Source: Botryllus schlosseri (lineage: Eukaryota). Taken from it: 64,000 bases of DNA. A program made the translations under genes and the position numbers. Where the stretch lies: assembly GCA_051294905.1 (NCBI GenBank), contig CM119373.1:5210001-5274000 (forward strand), read 5' to 3'. Below are positions 51,643 through 64,000 of this stretch, piece after piece (position 1 is the first letter of the stretch; every line of letters begins with the position of its first letter). The notes under the pieces were generated by a model. That model made no database searches and had not been told where the DNA came from. It worked only from the letters and a program-made list of their open reading frames with translations.

Positions 51643-54225
51643 ATTATAATAGATGCACAGACAGCATTTCTGTATGGGAAATACTATAGTTCACTGTCAG
51701 CAATTTAGTACCCTGCTATTCCTCACCGAACGCATGGCAAGCCCTACGATAGCTCGTATACAACAGAGGTGTCAATGCATAAGTAGTTTGCAAAAGTAGA
51801 TCTGGTCGAGGTATCTCACACAGTCAGCAAACCAGGTTAGCTGTATTAGAAATTGCAGAGTGAATTTTTGCGGCTAACAAATATAATGACAAACGGCAAT
51901 ACATAGTCGCAAATTTAGAAAACATAATACGTGAAAAAGACACGGGGGTCATTTTGTCCCCATTGCTATGGAAACTACACTCGTGAAAATAATACAAAGA
52001 TATCCGAAAACTACTTTTCAGCAAAACTACACAAAATCCACAATGTCAGAAGTAAGATTTTCGCTTAAAAAACGTTAAGTAGACGTGGAACAAGTCTATA
52101 AAAAAAACCAATTCAGTTGTTTATGCACCACTTGAACCACTTGAGTTGGTATGCATGCCCGAAAAACCTACGTGAGTATTCGAAAAAAGAAGAAGTTCTT
52201 CGTTACGGACATCATGTGGTCATTTATAATATGCAAAGCCGTGTTCAAAGCCGTCATTATGTTGGCATTTTTGTAGCTGAAAAGACTGGTGTACAGCCAT
52301 ATAACCTGGGATATGAATATTGCTCCCTGATGTGATTTATGCAAAAGTTATTGGGGAAGCAGATGATCTACTCTGTTCTGCCACGCATAATGTGGGGCGA
52401 AACTAACAATTACAGATTTATTTCCTCGACTGGTTATATTCAAGCAAATGTTGCGTTTTGCCGCTTTCGGACGTGGAGTCGAAACGTTCCCGCCTGTGAT
52501 ATGACCGACTGCTGTGAACGTTATGCCTTTTCGTAGTAGTTCCTTATTTCCGATGTAGATGTTGATTATCCTGCAGTAAAATATGAGGTTTTGGTGCCCA
52601 TAAAGGTTTTAATTGGTTCATTTCATTTCAAAACCATCATACAGACCACAAAAGATGGACGGTGTGCCTCCCGTTTGACATCCCCGGACTAAAATATCCA
52701 CGTTTAGGTTAAAAGACCCTCTCTCCGTCATTTCAAACAATATAAACGTTACAAAATTAGATATTGAATTGAATGATAAGCTCGTGAATCGAGATCGACG
52801 CAACATAACTCAAGATTTCGAGTGATACTATTCGACCTGCCGGTCACTAAAACACGAAATCCGTGATTCCAAAAGTGGGCGCTAGCACCCCCTGAGATGG
52901 TAATCGTCTGCGTTAATATTTCGCCGATTGTTCGTGTGTTAGAATTTGTCAGGAGTTTTTACGATGACCTAACGATCATCGTACATCCTATGAATTAGTT
53001 TAACCATAAAATGTCATGCTACAATGTAGTTCGTGCGTGATGTGCATTAACGTACAGGATATTTGGTACTTCGTTCTCCTCACAGCTCGTGGTGAATGGA
53101 AACACTGCTCTAAATTTGTCAATGTGCAACCTAAGAGTTTGATCTTGATGCAGCAGACCTATGATGTGATCGACCTATCATCACACAAGATAGCATATAC
53201 TAACTTGATGCACTGGAACAGAGTAAACTTGCCATCACTGCCTCCTTCCTGGTCCGCCAGAAGCAAGGCGTGAGTGAGCCCCACATTTCTTCTCAGTCTT
53301 GCTATATTAACGCTGTAGCCTTGTTCAACAAGACAAGAAGCATAGGGGTAAAATGTTTTCTTGAATATCGATGCTAATCCTTATTACATCACGAAGACCT
53401 GGTGAAAGAAGGCGCTATTGACTTCCAAAAGCGATGCCGTAGTATGAATCGGACAGGTGGTATATACACCATGCAGTGCAGAGAGAATGCATTCCCTTAT
53501 ACTGATGTAGCTGCTATGTTATTTCCATCTATGTCAACTGTATATATGTAATATAACTTCTCGCGTATGGCAGGTCTGAAGAGTGCTAATGTGATAAAAA
53601 AGACGCCAACTGAATCAGCTAACCATATGAGTACTTCCTAATCTAACTCTAAATGGAACGGTGACTCACCTACCATTAACCTCCCCGCACGTCACTGCAA
53701 CTAATACTATATATACTCCTATACACTGATATACGTACTACACAACAAATATTCAATATGATGATTTTTTGTGGAACTCATTTTAATGGTTTAACACTGT
53801 GTTGGTGCGCAGTTCATTTTTTTCATCAGCACTGTCTAGTATTAGGCCTGTTGGAGTATCGTTAGATGTGTAGATTGTTGTTGATTGTTGTTTTTATAAA
53901 TCAGGAAATATGTATGACTCCCAAAGTCTTGTACATTAGCGTTAGTGTTCTCACGGTTAGTAGGTTGATAAAGTGTATAAGCTCTTTCCTTGAGATTTAC
54001 TTCAATCTACATTGCTTTCTGGTGTGCGCTAGGATTACATTTCGCTTCGTAGGGTCAAATCAATCTGCACCAGAACCTTCGGTGCCACATTGGAAGTGAT
54101 AAAAAATTTGGATAGTGTGATTTATCAGTATCACTATAAATGCCATCACACGGTTACCGTCAGTTATTAACGGGTGAAAGTTGGATATCCGTTTGAGACC
54201 CTTACACACTGCTCCCGGATTCTTC

Positions 54226-54700
54226 ATCATCATCACCATTTATTAAAACTTTTATCAAATCAATGCACCATTATAATACCATAGAACGAAGATATAGGAG
54301 GGTGACGAAACGACTTGGAGCGGTCTTTTAATCAGACACCCACTGTGGCTATAGCATGTAAATAAGAGGCATTCACACTGGATTTGGGAAAGGATAACAT
54401 AAAACGAAGTGACAAAAAACAAATGCTGCATGTGTAACGTGGGCGAGGTCGATAATGTCAGATTGTGGCCAAGGATCTTGAGGGCTGACTAGCATTGATC
54501 ACTGCTAGAGAGGCACTTACGACGAAGCTCCATTTCAGGTCAATTTTGCACCAGAAACTTCAATAATGGCCGTTGGACTACTGCTGGGAATTGTGCCGTA
54601 AGTGTATGATGGATATGACGTATTATCCCCAATGTTTTCGACAAGGAAGAACGTTGCATGGTAGTGTTATTGAATTCGTCACTTCGTCATTATTCCTTTA
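54226..54700 (-). mobile_element. Possible highly decayed CR1/L2 3' end
   Basis: (CAT)n plus TTTATT tail like 6939-6953; weak remnants HIHHT and IEVSGAK..*N. Confidence 0.35.
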
Positions 54701-54971
54701 CACACAAAAGCTCTTAGTTGAATTCGTCGCTTTATGCTTACCAACAACATAACTCAAAACGCTGACCATGGTCGATGACCAGTCGATATTTTCCCAGAAG
54801 TAAAGAGAATTTATTTCTGCTTGATACTTCTCGCTATCGATTTCGTATTATAGCGACTGACTTCCATTTTATAATGTGCAGAATATGTCTCAATGAGGTT
54901 GGGTTCTCCCCGAAAGAACGAGATTTAAATTGGCCTTATTTCATTTTGATCGAGCTTACTCAAATTTTCAG

Positions 54972-55050
54972 GACGCATCATTTCTCCAAACTATTATGAG
55001 TGACTTGAAAATACTTTCGGAAAAGGAAAATATTGAAGCTACCCAGTCAG
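54972..55050 (+). CDS. Possible linker exon of lectin gene 3
   Basis: ttttcAG acceptor; DASFLQTIMSDLKILSEKENIEATQS; the end ACCCAGTCAG|GTGCTA resembles the gene 2 exon 2 end ACGGAGTCAG|GTACCA. The acceptor phase (0) differs from gene 2, so the 5' boundary is doubtful. Confidence 0.35.
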
Positions 55051-56636
55051 GTGCTATTCCACCTAATTACTGTAATATATATGTATCTTTACCAACCATG
55101 ATACGAAGGCAACATATTCCAAGTCAGCGGACTCAAACGTGCTCGCGGGCCAATTTGCTGGTTTTTGATGACGCCGCGGGCCGCAGCATCAATATTAGGG
55201 GTATCAAATGTATTTCCAAGTCGGTCTTATTTGAGGGGTCCTGTATAGACTTACATTCCACACACATCGTGAAAATGTTATATACTATCGTAATATTCAC
55301 GCCCGGAACGAAAAAAATACACTTGCCGATTTCATAATAAATCTGCGTTAGATTAACCTTCGAATATTGGAACAGATAAATTACAACTTAATATAAAATT
55401 TATGTGTCATAGTATGGAAATGTCAATCACCTGACAAACCATTGGTGCTACAACTGTGGAGCGTACCACATTGTTACTCGTATTCTTCAATTGGCGATAG
55501 TAACATGGATAGAGAGACCCACGATGTAACTAACTAGTAACTATACATCAAGGAGGCAACAGAATGCCAATGGTTGACATACCAACCGGCTTAGAGCGAA
55601 ATCCGCTATATCCTAGGCAACGACCGCTACGACCTTTTGATATATTAGTGTTGTGATATTGAGGTTTGATGAGTAGTTTAAGGTTTGACGTCTGTTTGGA
55701 GTGAATGTCAAGTCATAAAAGCTAAAAAAAAGATATGTGACAGTTAAATATTGTCGAAAACTCGAAAATCTGAAATGCCGACGCGAGCGGCACAAAATGT
55801 TATCGCGGGCCGCGTGTGTTAGACCCTTGTTCTAAGTTCTACGCGAAGTGTATCAGTAGCATATTCGACAACCTACTGACACACTCATCAAGCAGAATTG
55901 AAAAATTGTAGATTAATAAATGATATACAGAGGAAATAATAAGCGATTTCCAAATGACTACGGTAAAATATCTGAAATGCTGAAAATGGAAACAATAATG
56001 GGGTCTACTTCCATTTGTGACACATATAGATATGTATTTGTCTAGTAAAATATTTCAATCGATTTCGAAAAAAAATCTCAAAGTATTTAATGGAACATTC
56101 TTTCTTCGTTTGGGTTTCAAGTTTCATTTCAAATTTATTTGTTTATCATGCAACTAATAAACCAACGTAGAAATATAGCATCGTGGGTGCTATCACATTT
56201 GCGACATTACTCCACGAACTATGCCTCTTCATCCATTCACTATACTGATGGCTATTATCATATCTTTTCTTCTGTTCGAAAGGTATTCGTACCACCGCAG
56301 CTAAAAATGACCTGGCTTTGAAGTCAAAGCCAATGGGAAGCGGTAATTATCTTGTGATAGTTTTTCGTTCGGGTAATTATGGTGTAATAGGTCTATTTAT
56401 TTCCTACGGTAAACAAATTTACCAAGAAGTTGTGTAGTAAAATAAAGTATAGTAGAGTCCGTGGTTGAAGCTTCTGCGACCGTAAGATAAGACTAGCCGC
56501 GCCACTCTTAATCCTAAAATATTTCTATTTGAATTCATGGAAGAATACCCTCGTATAAAAGTGAATGGTATTTTTTTAAACTATATGATTTTGCTATGTA
56601 ATTCATATTTATTGCAAAGATATTATGCGTGATGAC

Positions 56637-58042
56637 CAGGCCGTGTTATTTTTGGCATTTCAGGAGCCAGATACCAAAACTGCCAAAAATAAAAAATTGA
56701 AAATGCCAAAACTAAGCAATTTTGGCATATGCCAAAAATAACACGGCCTGCCAAATAGTGTATTTCGTTCATGGTGTTGTGTTAACAGGACCGCGTTACA
56801 AGCGAGAAGAGCGTTTGTGAAAGGCAGGTTTCTTAATCTGGGTCCAGCCCACCGATTAGGGGTGAAAGCATGGTGTCCTAAATCGTGTGGGCAGAGCGAG
56901 ATTGAACGGCTGACTGCATTTGGTTTATTTCATACTTTCCATTTGTTCAGAGGCAATTTTACGACCATTTTTGATCGGCTTGTCGAGCACTAAATTTAAT
57001 AAAACGGGTATCAATGAGAAGCTGTCGCAGTACTCATTATTAAAATATAAATTATATTCTGCTCATGGAACTGAAACCCCAAAAATCAGCCACGATTTTT
57101 GCATTGTGATCGAGTTGAACATTGTGACGCAACAAACTGTCTGGCTATTTCTGAGCTGGATAGTCTCGTTTTGCCAGACAGTCTTGTTCTTGTTGGGTCA
57201 ATGTTCCTAAACAAGCTAACCTTCCCTGGACTCTTGCATGCGAGTTGGTAATGTTGGGTCAATGTTCCTAAACAAGCTAACCTTCCCTGGACTCTTGCAT
57301 GCGAGTTGGTAATGTTAAAGCCCCCTGTAGTGACAAAAGTCCTCCGAAAATATATCGGTAGAGTGAAGGAGAAATGATAGTCGGGCTACTAAATAGAATG
57401 TGTTGAGAGACAACACAGGAAACTCCTGGAAAAGGATCGGGAAGAAAATTCTTTCCACGATGAGATAGATGGCTCTGGCGAAGTGATCTCTTTTCATGAT
57501 GCATGGAAGCCGGTTCGGCCCTCCAAAGATTTTGAAGCTCTGAAAACCTTTTGTGGACATTCTTTCCCTCAACGGCTACTGTTGAAGCCGATATTTCCCA
57601 TATTCGCTTGGCGAGAAATGAATTTAGGACAAACTTAGCTGACCTGAGTTTGGAAGCACTGTTACAGTGCAAACGATTTAAGTCTATTCAACAGCTGTAA
57701 CACTCAGCTGTTGAGCGTGTTTGTTATGCGTTTCTCTTTTTTGCTTATTGGCACCGATTCCGGTGGATACTGCACACTTTGTGGTTTCGTTTGATATTAT
57801 TATCCTATGAAATCGTTAGATTTTTTCTTCTACTTATTGTTTGTTGGCACTGATTATACGTGGATGCTGCACATTTTGGTCATTTGACAAACTAGCCCAA
57901 ATAAAACGTTTTTGTGACTAATTCGAGGCTGAAACTATGTATTTAGAGGACGATGCCAAAACTGCCAAAAATAAAAATTGAAAAATGCCAAAAATAAGTT
58001 ATTTTTGGCAGTTTTGGCATATGCCAAAAATAACACGGCCTG
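56637..58042 (+). mobile_element. Deleted hAT-like transposon with an internal extra right end and a transposase remnant
   Basis: TIR CAGGCCGTGTTATTTTTGGCA/TGCCAAAAATAACACGGCCTG; TSD GTGATGAC (56629-56636, 58043-58050); a second right TIR ends at 56750. Confidence 0.9.
57250..57700 (+). pseudogene. Frameshifted C-terminal fragment of a hAT-like transposase
   Basis: IECVERQHRKLLEKDREE...SFHDAWKPV...FEALKTFCG, frameshift, then FPSTATVEADISHIRLARNEFRTNLADLSLEALLQCK* resembles the hAT dimerization-domain pattern P.S....E..FS......R..L. A 61-bp tandem duplication spans 57191-57316. Confidence 0.65.
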
Positions 58043-58315
58043 GTGATGACTGATATACATACATTTGGTACATTTATAATTTTGATTTGCAGAGGGCTAT
58101 CAAACTATGTTGTTTTCATTGGTGAAATATTCTGAACTCAGTCTTCCATGGAGTCAAGCATCTACTCCGTATGTAGGCCTACATATCTCCTATGAGTACA
58201 CTCAGGCGCATACCTATGGTATTGCGTCTGTGATGGCTCATGTCCACATCACTTCTTTTTATTTTTATAAGTTACTGTAAATTCAAATCACGCTTGGAGA
58301 ACGTCTCATTTGCAG

Positions 58316-58424
58316 CCAAAACGATACTAGCATGTGAAAGGCGGAAGATAACCATAAGTTGCAAGGCTTTTAAAGCAATCAAAATTGAAAGTGAGAGTTA
58401 CGGTAGTAGCAGGGAGGACAAAAG
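58316..58424 (+). CDS. Lectin gene 3, N-terminal half of SUEL domain (partial or possible pseudogene)
   Basis: tttgcAG; KTILACERRKITISCKAFKAIKIESESYGSSREDK; phase-2 donor AG|GTATGT; 109 nt. The C-terminal exon was not found in the window. Confidence 0.8.
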
Positions 58425-60077
58425 GTATGTAAATCTGTTTCTAGGGTGCCTAAATGTTATAATACAGCGATTATTCATAAATGACATGAAATTCTCACAC
58501 AGATATTCTCATAACTATATATCGCATAACGTAAAAATTTTCTTTTGGATTCAAAAATACATGATTGGCTACGTGTTTGTATTGGCTACCATTCCGGTGA
58601 AAATGGATCTCATCTGTAACTGACTACAAGGAGGAATCCTTATACCATCACTCACAGCATCATGAAAATGGAAATGATGTCATCTATATCGTTTACATTT
58701 ACACGGGAAGTAATCCTCATATCGCGGGCCATAATCGGAAACCTCGTAGGTTGCACGTGGGCGTGTTTGAGAAACCATGATCACGGTATTATTACAATAA
58801 CTAGACTAAATAACCACGCACTTTTGTAAGCTGCTGAATCAATAACTATTTCCGACGATGAGCATCATGACGTAGCTATACATCATCAGACTTCGGACCT
58901 TATATGAATAAAACGGGTTTCCACCTACATATATTCCTGCCAGGCCTATACATAATTAAAATATACATTAATCGTGATAGGACCTATTTACTAGTAAAAT
59001 AAATAAAGTAATGACATTAATGGTATATTGTGATGTAATGTTGTTCGAACACCAACCGTAGCAACAATCAAAAATATTCCTCGCATCAAACTCAAAATAT
59101 ATCAGTGGTGCACAAACTGTGGGTCGTGAGACCATGCGAGGTCGCTGATACAGCAGATAAACTGCGCAGCGACGTAATAATTCGATGTAATGCAAGTTAA
59201 GGATTCATCGGACGTAAGACACCTATTTGCTTACTGTAATTTTACTATAAACAATCTCAAATACTTCTTAGGTACACGAGTAAACAACACTTGCTACAGA
59301 TCTAATGTGTTTATTATTTACGTGCTAATTTTGATAGTTGAAGAAAGTCGAAAGTGCCAAAGTGATAAACGCAAAATTAAGGCGCCAACCAATATGAATA
59401 TGTGTCAAAATTCCGATATTTGGCACCCAAATATACCAAATGTCAATACTTGTATTGACTGCTATCACGTGTCCTGTTCGTACACGGTGGAGATTTCCGA
59501 ACACCTGATCCCGATTCCATTACTTCTCTTTCTTTCGGCTGTGACGTATTTCTCTCGGGCGGAAACATTCTCTCCAACTTTGCAATATAAACCCATCGGA
59601 AGCGTTCCACACATGTGAATTTTAAAACCACAGCTACCAACAAGATGTCAGAATTGCTTCGAAACGACAAAATTTACCGATTCACTGTACTCCTATTAAG
59701 TTTATTTTAATTATTTCAATTCAGAAAAGGGAGAAATAATGGCAATTTCATCCGCACTCAATCGCACCACGCTTGTCCTTTGCCCTGAATTTGATTATCT
59801 TCCGTATGTGCCATCCCACTGGTTAAACAGCACTGGCCTCATCATGTATTTGGTGAATTACATTCAGTATGTTTCCCCATTGCCGTGCATTTGATTGAAA
59901 TACCTTGTTTCGTAACTTTTCATTATCACGAACTCGTTGAACAATGTTCGCTTTACAGATCTCCCTTCCGTGGACCAGGAAGAAACGAGGCCATGCCGCA
60001 AATAGTAAAGAAGTTGTTTCTAAAATCTGCGACGGAAACATATGTTGTGAACTTGGAGTTAATAATAAGATGTTTGA

Positions 60078-60450
60078 GGGAAGCGAGTGGCGCAGTTGGT
60101 TAAACACTGTGTGACACCAATGGCGCTGGTTCGAATCCCGGTTCTGACCAACGTCTACGTGTCGGAGGTTTATCTGGGCTCCTCATCGCTGACCTCACTA
60201 CTATGGTGGTTCATTGAAAAGCCCAGGCTGAAAGTGAGCCGTGCTAGAAGTCGGCAGCAGAGACCACGATGGGGAGGCATGGGAGCGAGAGCCAATGAAG
60301 ATGACTGCGAGAGAGAATGAAAAAGACGTTCCCAACAAGACGAAAAAGCAAAGACCAATGAACTTTATGAAATTCATGTCGTGGAGCACAAGACCTAGAA
60401 AGGCGATAAGCTCCACTGTGGTGTGCCGAATAATACGATACAATACAATA
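60078..60450 (+). mobile_element. tRNA-derived SINE family A with intact Pol III boxes
   Basis: A box TGGCGCAGTTGG 60088-60099; B box GGTTCGAATCCC 60128-60139; ATACAATACAATA tail; second copy at 4441. Confidence 0.8.
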
Positions 60451-61295
60451 TGGTGTTCGGCGATTCCGGCGGCAGCGTATACAAGTATAGGTCGACTATC
60501 ATTGCCTGTTAAACGTGAAGCGTTGGACAACTTGCGCAAACTACAGAGGATCTTACATTAAAAATAAAATGGTGTGGGTTTATAGTTCAATTCGTAAATT
60601 TTATCATGGTGTTTCTCGCTTTATATGTTGCTTTTGATTTATACATTCATGATGTCGATATTTACCTGCAAGGATAAGGTGTTACCGCGTAAGCGTAAGT
60701 CAGAAAAGATGTTGTGGAAGTGAGAATCATCCGTTATGAATACCACCCTTGGCGTTGGACCAGACCTGGGCAAAGTGCGGCCCGCGGAGCTATTCTTATC
60801 ATCAACAGTGCCACAAATGAAAATATTTAATCTCGTGACAAACTGATATAACTGGTTCCAAGCATCGGTATCAATTGGAGTGCAAAAACGTGGAAACGGA
60901 TTTCCCTCCGTTATTTTATTTACGAAAATTGTACTTTCGATACTGTCTTCCTAACGATATTGCCTTGCAACGTCATCTGAATGTATCACAGAATCCGAAA
61001 CGTTTAGCAGAAGGATACGTATTTTCGTAGAATTGATATTTCTGTGAATTAGTCCTCCACCAGACACGTTTTCAAAAATTACTATGAAATAGGTATGGTC
61101 AGGAATCCCAAATTTATTTTAGTGTGATGATAGTTGCACTAGTTTCTATATGATTGTATAGAAGGTAGGCTACATATCTTAAAATTTTAACATCATTCTG
61201 TGACGTCCTATTGACTGGTATTCGTAGACTGGTCGCGTAACGTGCAATCGAATCACTCAGGCATAGCCGTAGAGCCGTAACCATATGATCTAAAC

Positions 61296-61610
61296 CAGTG
61301 GTTTTCAAACTGGGGGCGGGGCCCCTTGGTGGGCGTGAATGCCTCTGAAGGGGGCGCGAAGCTGAGCTCTACCGAAAAAATTTGTAACGTTCTGCGCCAT
61401 TTACCTCTATATCATAGTTACTGATCTGTGTGTAGTCCGAATTTCATATTTGAGAATTCACTCTTCAACAGCCATAACCTTTCATGCCTTCATACGGTCT
61501 GTAGGGATTACCAGTATTCTGGTTGCAGTTGGTTATAAGGCAATAATTGGGAGCGAAATCTTTCACTATCATAAACGGGGGCGTCTCTAAAAAAAGTTTG
61601 AGAACCACTG
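61296..61610. mobile_element. hAT-type MITE, uninterrupted relative of 42413-42900
   Basis: TIR CAGTGGTTTTCAAAC/GTTTGAGAACCACTG; TSD ATCTAAAC/ATGTAAAC. Confidence 0.85.
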
Positions 61611-62289
61611 ATGTAAACTAATATTAGCAGGTTTAAATCAGGACATAGCCTACGCTTCTGCTGTGTGATCATGTCATGTGACCCTTATTCTGCACTCCTG
61701 ACGGAAGCAATCTGTCATACGTGACGGAACATCCAGTTTGAGAGTCTCTTCACACCGTTTGCTCGGACAGTAATACCACGGAATAGCCATTCGTTAGACA
61801 GGCCTTGGTAAAGGCAATGATGCAGATATTGATAACAAACACCGGAAACGATGTGAATCATCGACGATTTACCGCATGTGGTGGGTAGGCCTACAGCCCT
61901 ACACATTACCAGGAGTTACATTTACAGTGCTTCCAATGTGGTATCATTCTCTGAAATTGAGGAATGACAGATACCAAAGTCAACAAGTCAACAAAGCAGG
62001 CGTGTTGATTGCGGCAGTGATCATCACACTTGTCCAATCTGCTTCCGCGTAACCATATACCAACTGCTGATTGAATGGCATGAAAAGTTGTTATTGTTGT
62101 ACATCTACATTGTACACACATGGCATTGTAGTTTACATTATTTTGCGAATTAGTTGAGGTCTAGTGATTTAAAGCTAATCAAATCGCTGCGTGAGTACAT
62201 GGACAAGCCCGATTGCAGCAACCTTGCTTGCATCACGATTTGAAATCACACCCGGATGATCTCCTGTGTCATTTACGTTAATTGGTTAT

Positions 62290-62590
62290 CACGGGTGGTG
62301 GGTTTTGCTTGTTGGTTTGTCAACTAGTATGGTCATTGGTCATTTACACCTGGCCAAATTTCTTTATTTATTATTCCGTAGCTGCCGGCTTGTAGCACGG
62401 GCCACTTCTAGGCTTTTTAAAAGACACCGCTTACACGGATGACAAGGCCACGAGTAGCCTAGATATAGCCCTACCGCCAACACTTAGGTAGAGATTCTGG
62501 AGTCGACCTCGGACGGACTCGAACCCGCAAACCATTGGTGTTGCTGCCACAAAAAGCCCAGTAACGCTTATGATTGTCACGTATCGCGGA
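62290..62590 (-). mobile_element. tRNA-derived SINE family B
   Basis: Minus-strand B box GGTTCGAGTCC at about 62515-62526; body shared with the copies at 4035, 15020, 43515 and 63535. Confidence 0.7.
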
Positions 62591-64000
62591 AGTTTCACCC
62601 GACTCACTCATATATCTAAAATTGCGCAGCGTATCTCACTTACGAATAATACGACTGTAGGTGTCGACTAAGTACGAGTGCTGTGCGCATGCGAGTCACG
62701 TCATGTTGCGATCCAGGCGACTAACGTTGCGATAAAACTTTGTGACATTCTATTGTAGGTTTAGGACAGTAAGCGTCGCAGTCATTTAGTGCAATATTCC
62801 GGTGGTAAATGCAACACAAAATAAGTACTTGGCGATTTGAACTCTGCAGCGTCGCATTTTCAACAGTACGTCGGCGATGATCGGCAGGACAGCGATAAAA
62901 TATCAATTCGTCGCTTTGTTAATCTGCATTGGAGGTGAGCTCGTGATCTTCATGTTGCGAATCGCAATATTTCGGAATAAACAATTATTGCAATTATCTT
63001 AACTTAAACCTGATGCGTTATGCAAAGCAGGAAACCCTCTAGGAATATCTAATTTGTCGCTTCTAATGGAGATTTGAGTATAGCGTGAGACTGATTTGGC
63101 TTACGGGTCTGGTCGTTTGATAATGGTTACGAATTAGAATCTTCCTGCTCCCGATGGAGTCTTATCATACCTTTGTTAATGCTCAATTTGTGCGGGTGAT
63201 AGCTGATCATCGGATTATTTTCAAAGGTCTACAGTTGTAAGTAAAGCTTAGGTCCGGGTTATGTTTGTGTGTCTATGGTGTAAATTTCTATGGAGGGTTT
63301 ACAGCCCACGAATAATTATTGGCAACATTATCGGTATCGACATGCAAGCGACTATAACGATTCAAACTACGCGATTGCAATAGTAATCTGAAGCAAATTC
63401 TATCGCATATATCTGCACTAATGATGCACGCAGTTTCACTAATATTCATGGGCGATAAATTCGCGGTTATCTTTCGATTATCGCAAGAACACGGATTGTG
63501 TTGTGATGATTTCGCGAGTAATGGAAAATGAGTTGTTGTTACTGTTGTTGTTTTGTGGTATTCATGGTGTTTGTCGACTACTATGGTCATTTACACCAGG
63601 CCAATTTTTTCATTTTTATTCCATAGCTGCCGACTTGTAGCACGGTCCACATCTAGGCTTTTATAAGACACCGCTTACACGGATGAGATGACGAGGAGGA
63701 AAATGGCTCTTCACTATAATAGAACTGTCATCCTTGCTGTTTTGATCCTTTCTATACCCAGATTGAATATGGTGTCATATCCAGGAATACTTCCATTTGA
63801 TTTGCATTATCCATATTCGCTGAGCCGATCAAATTATCCCACGTTTACACCATCTGATATAAAGTAATTTAATACGAGGCATTTTTAATGTAGTGTGGAG
63901 ATTCAGCTGATTTATGTGTTAGCTTAGACCAGCGGTTCTGTACCTTTTTATATGTCGGAGCTGCGTTTCAAACTTCAGAACACGTATGATGTCGCATAAA

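Noticed and set aside
53016..53700. Possible decayed RT or transposase on the minus strand
   Set aside because: Only faint motif hints; cannot be supported without a profile search.
57277..57672. 131-aa minus-strand ORF
   Set aside because: Antisense to the plus-strand transposase remnant, with no motif of its own.
60083..60145. tRNA gene
   Set aside because: A and B boxes are present but there is no convincing cloverleaf or acceptor stem, and it continues into a repeated SINE body.

Overview
AT-rich, transposon-dense eukaryotic DNA with GT-AG introns; a marine invertebrate such as an ascidian is plausible, but this is inference. The host genes are a + strand tandem cluster of SUEL/rhamnose-binding (Gal_lectin) lectin genes. 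Gene 1 is 5'-incomplete (exons 1533-3558). Gene 2 is a complete predicted 159-aa secreted lectin (exons 33332-33395, 44301-44432, 45086-45194, 47170-47344). Gene 3 is partial and divergent (58316-58424). An orphan duplicate of gene 2's promoter and first exon, with ATT in place of ATG, lies at about 17.6-18.05 kb. The rest is mostly nested mobile DNA: many hAT-type MITEs with 8-bp TSDs, foldback elements, two tRNA-headed SINE families, and CR1/L2, RTE and Penelope-like RT fragments. The most unusual observations are a 5'-truncated L1/Tx1-type LINE flanked by a 556-bp near-perfect direct duplication, and a 105-bp inverted repeat carrying a minimal type-I hammerhead ribozyme on each strand, next to an older copy that starts at the predicted cleavage site. 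All calls were made by eye, without database searches.
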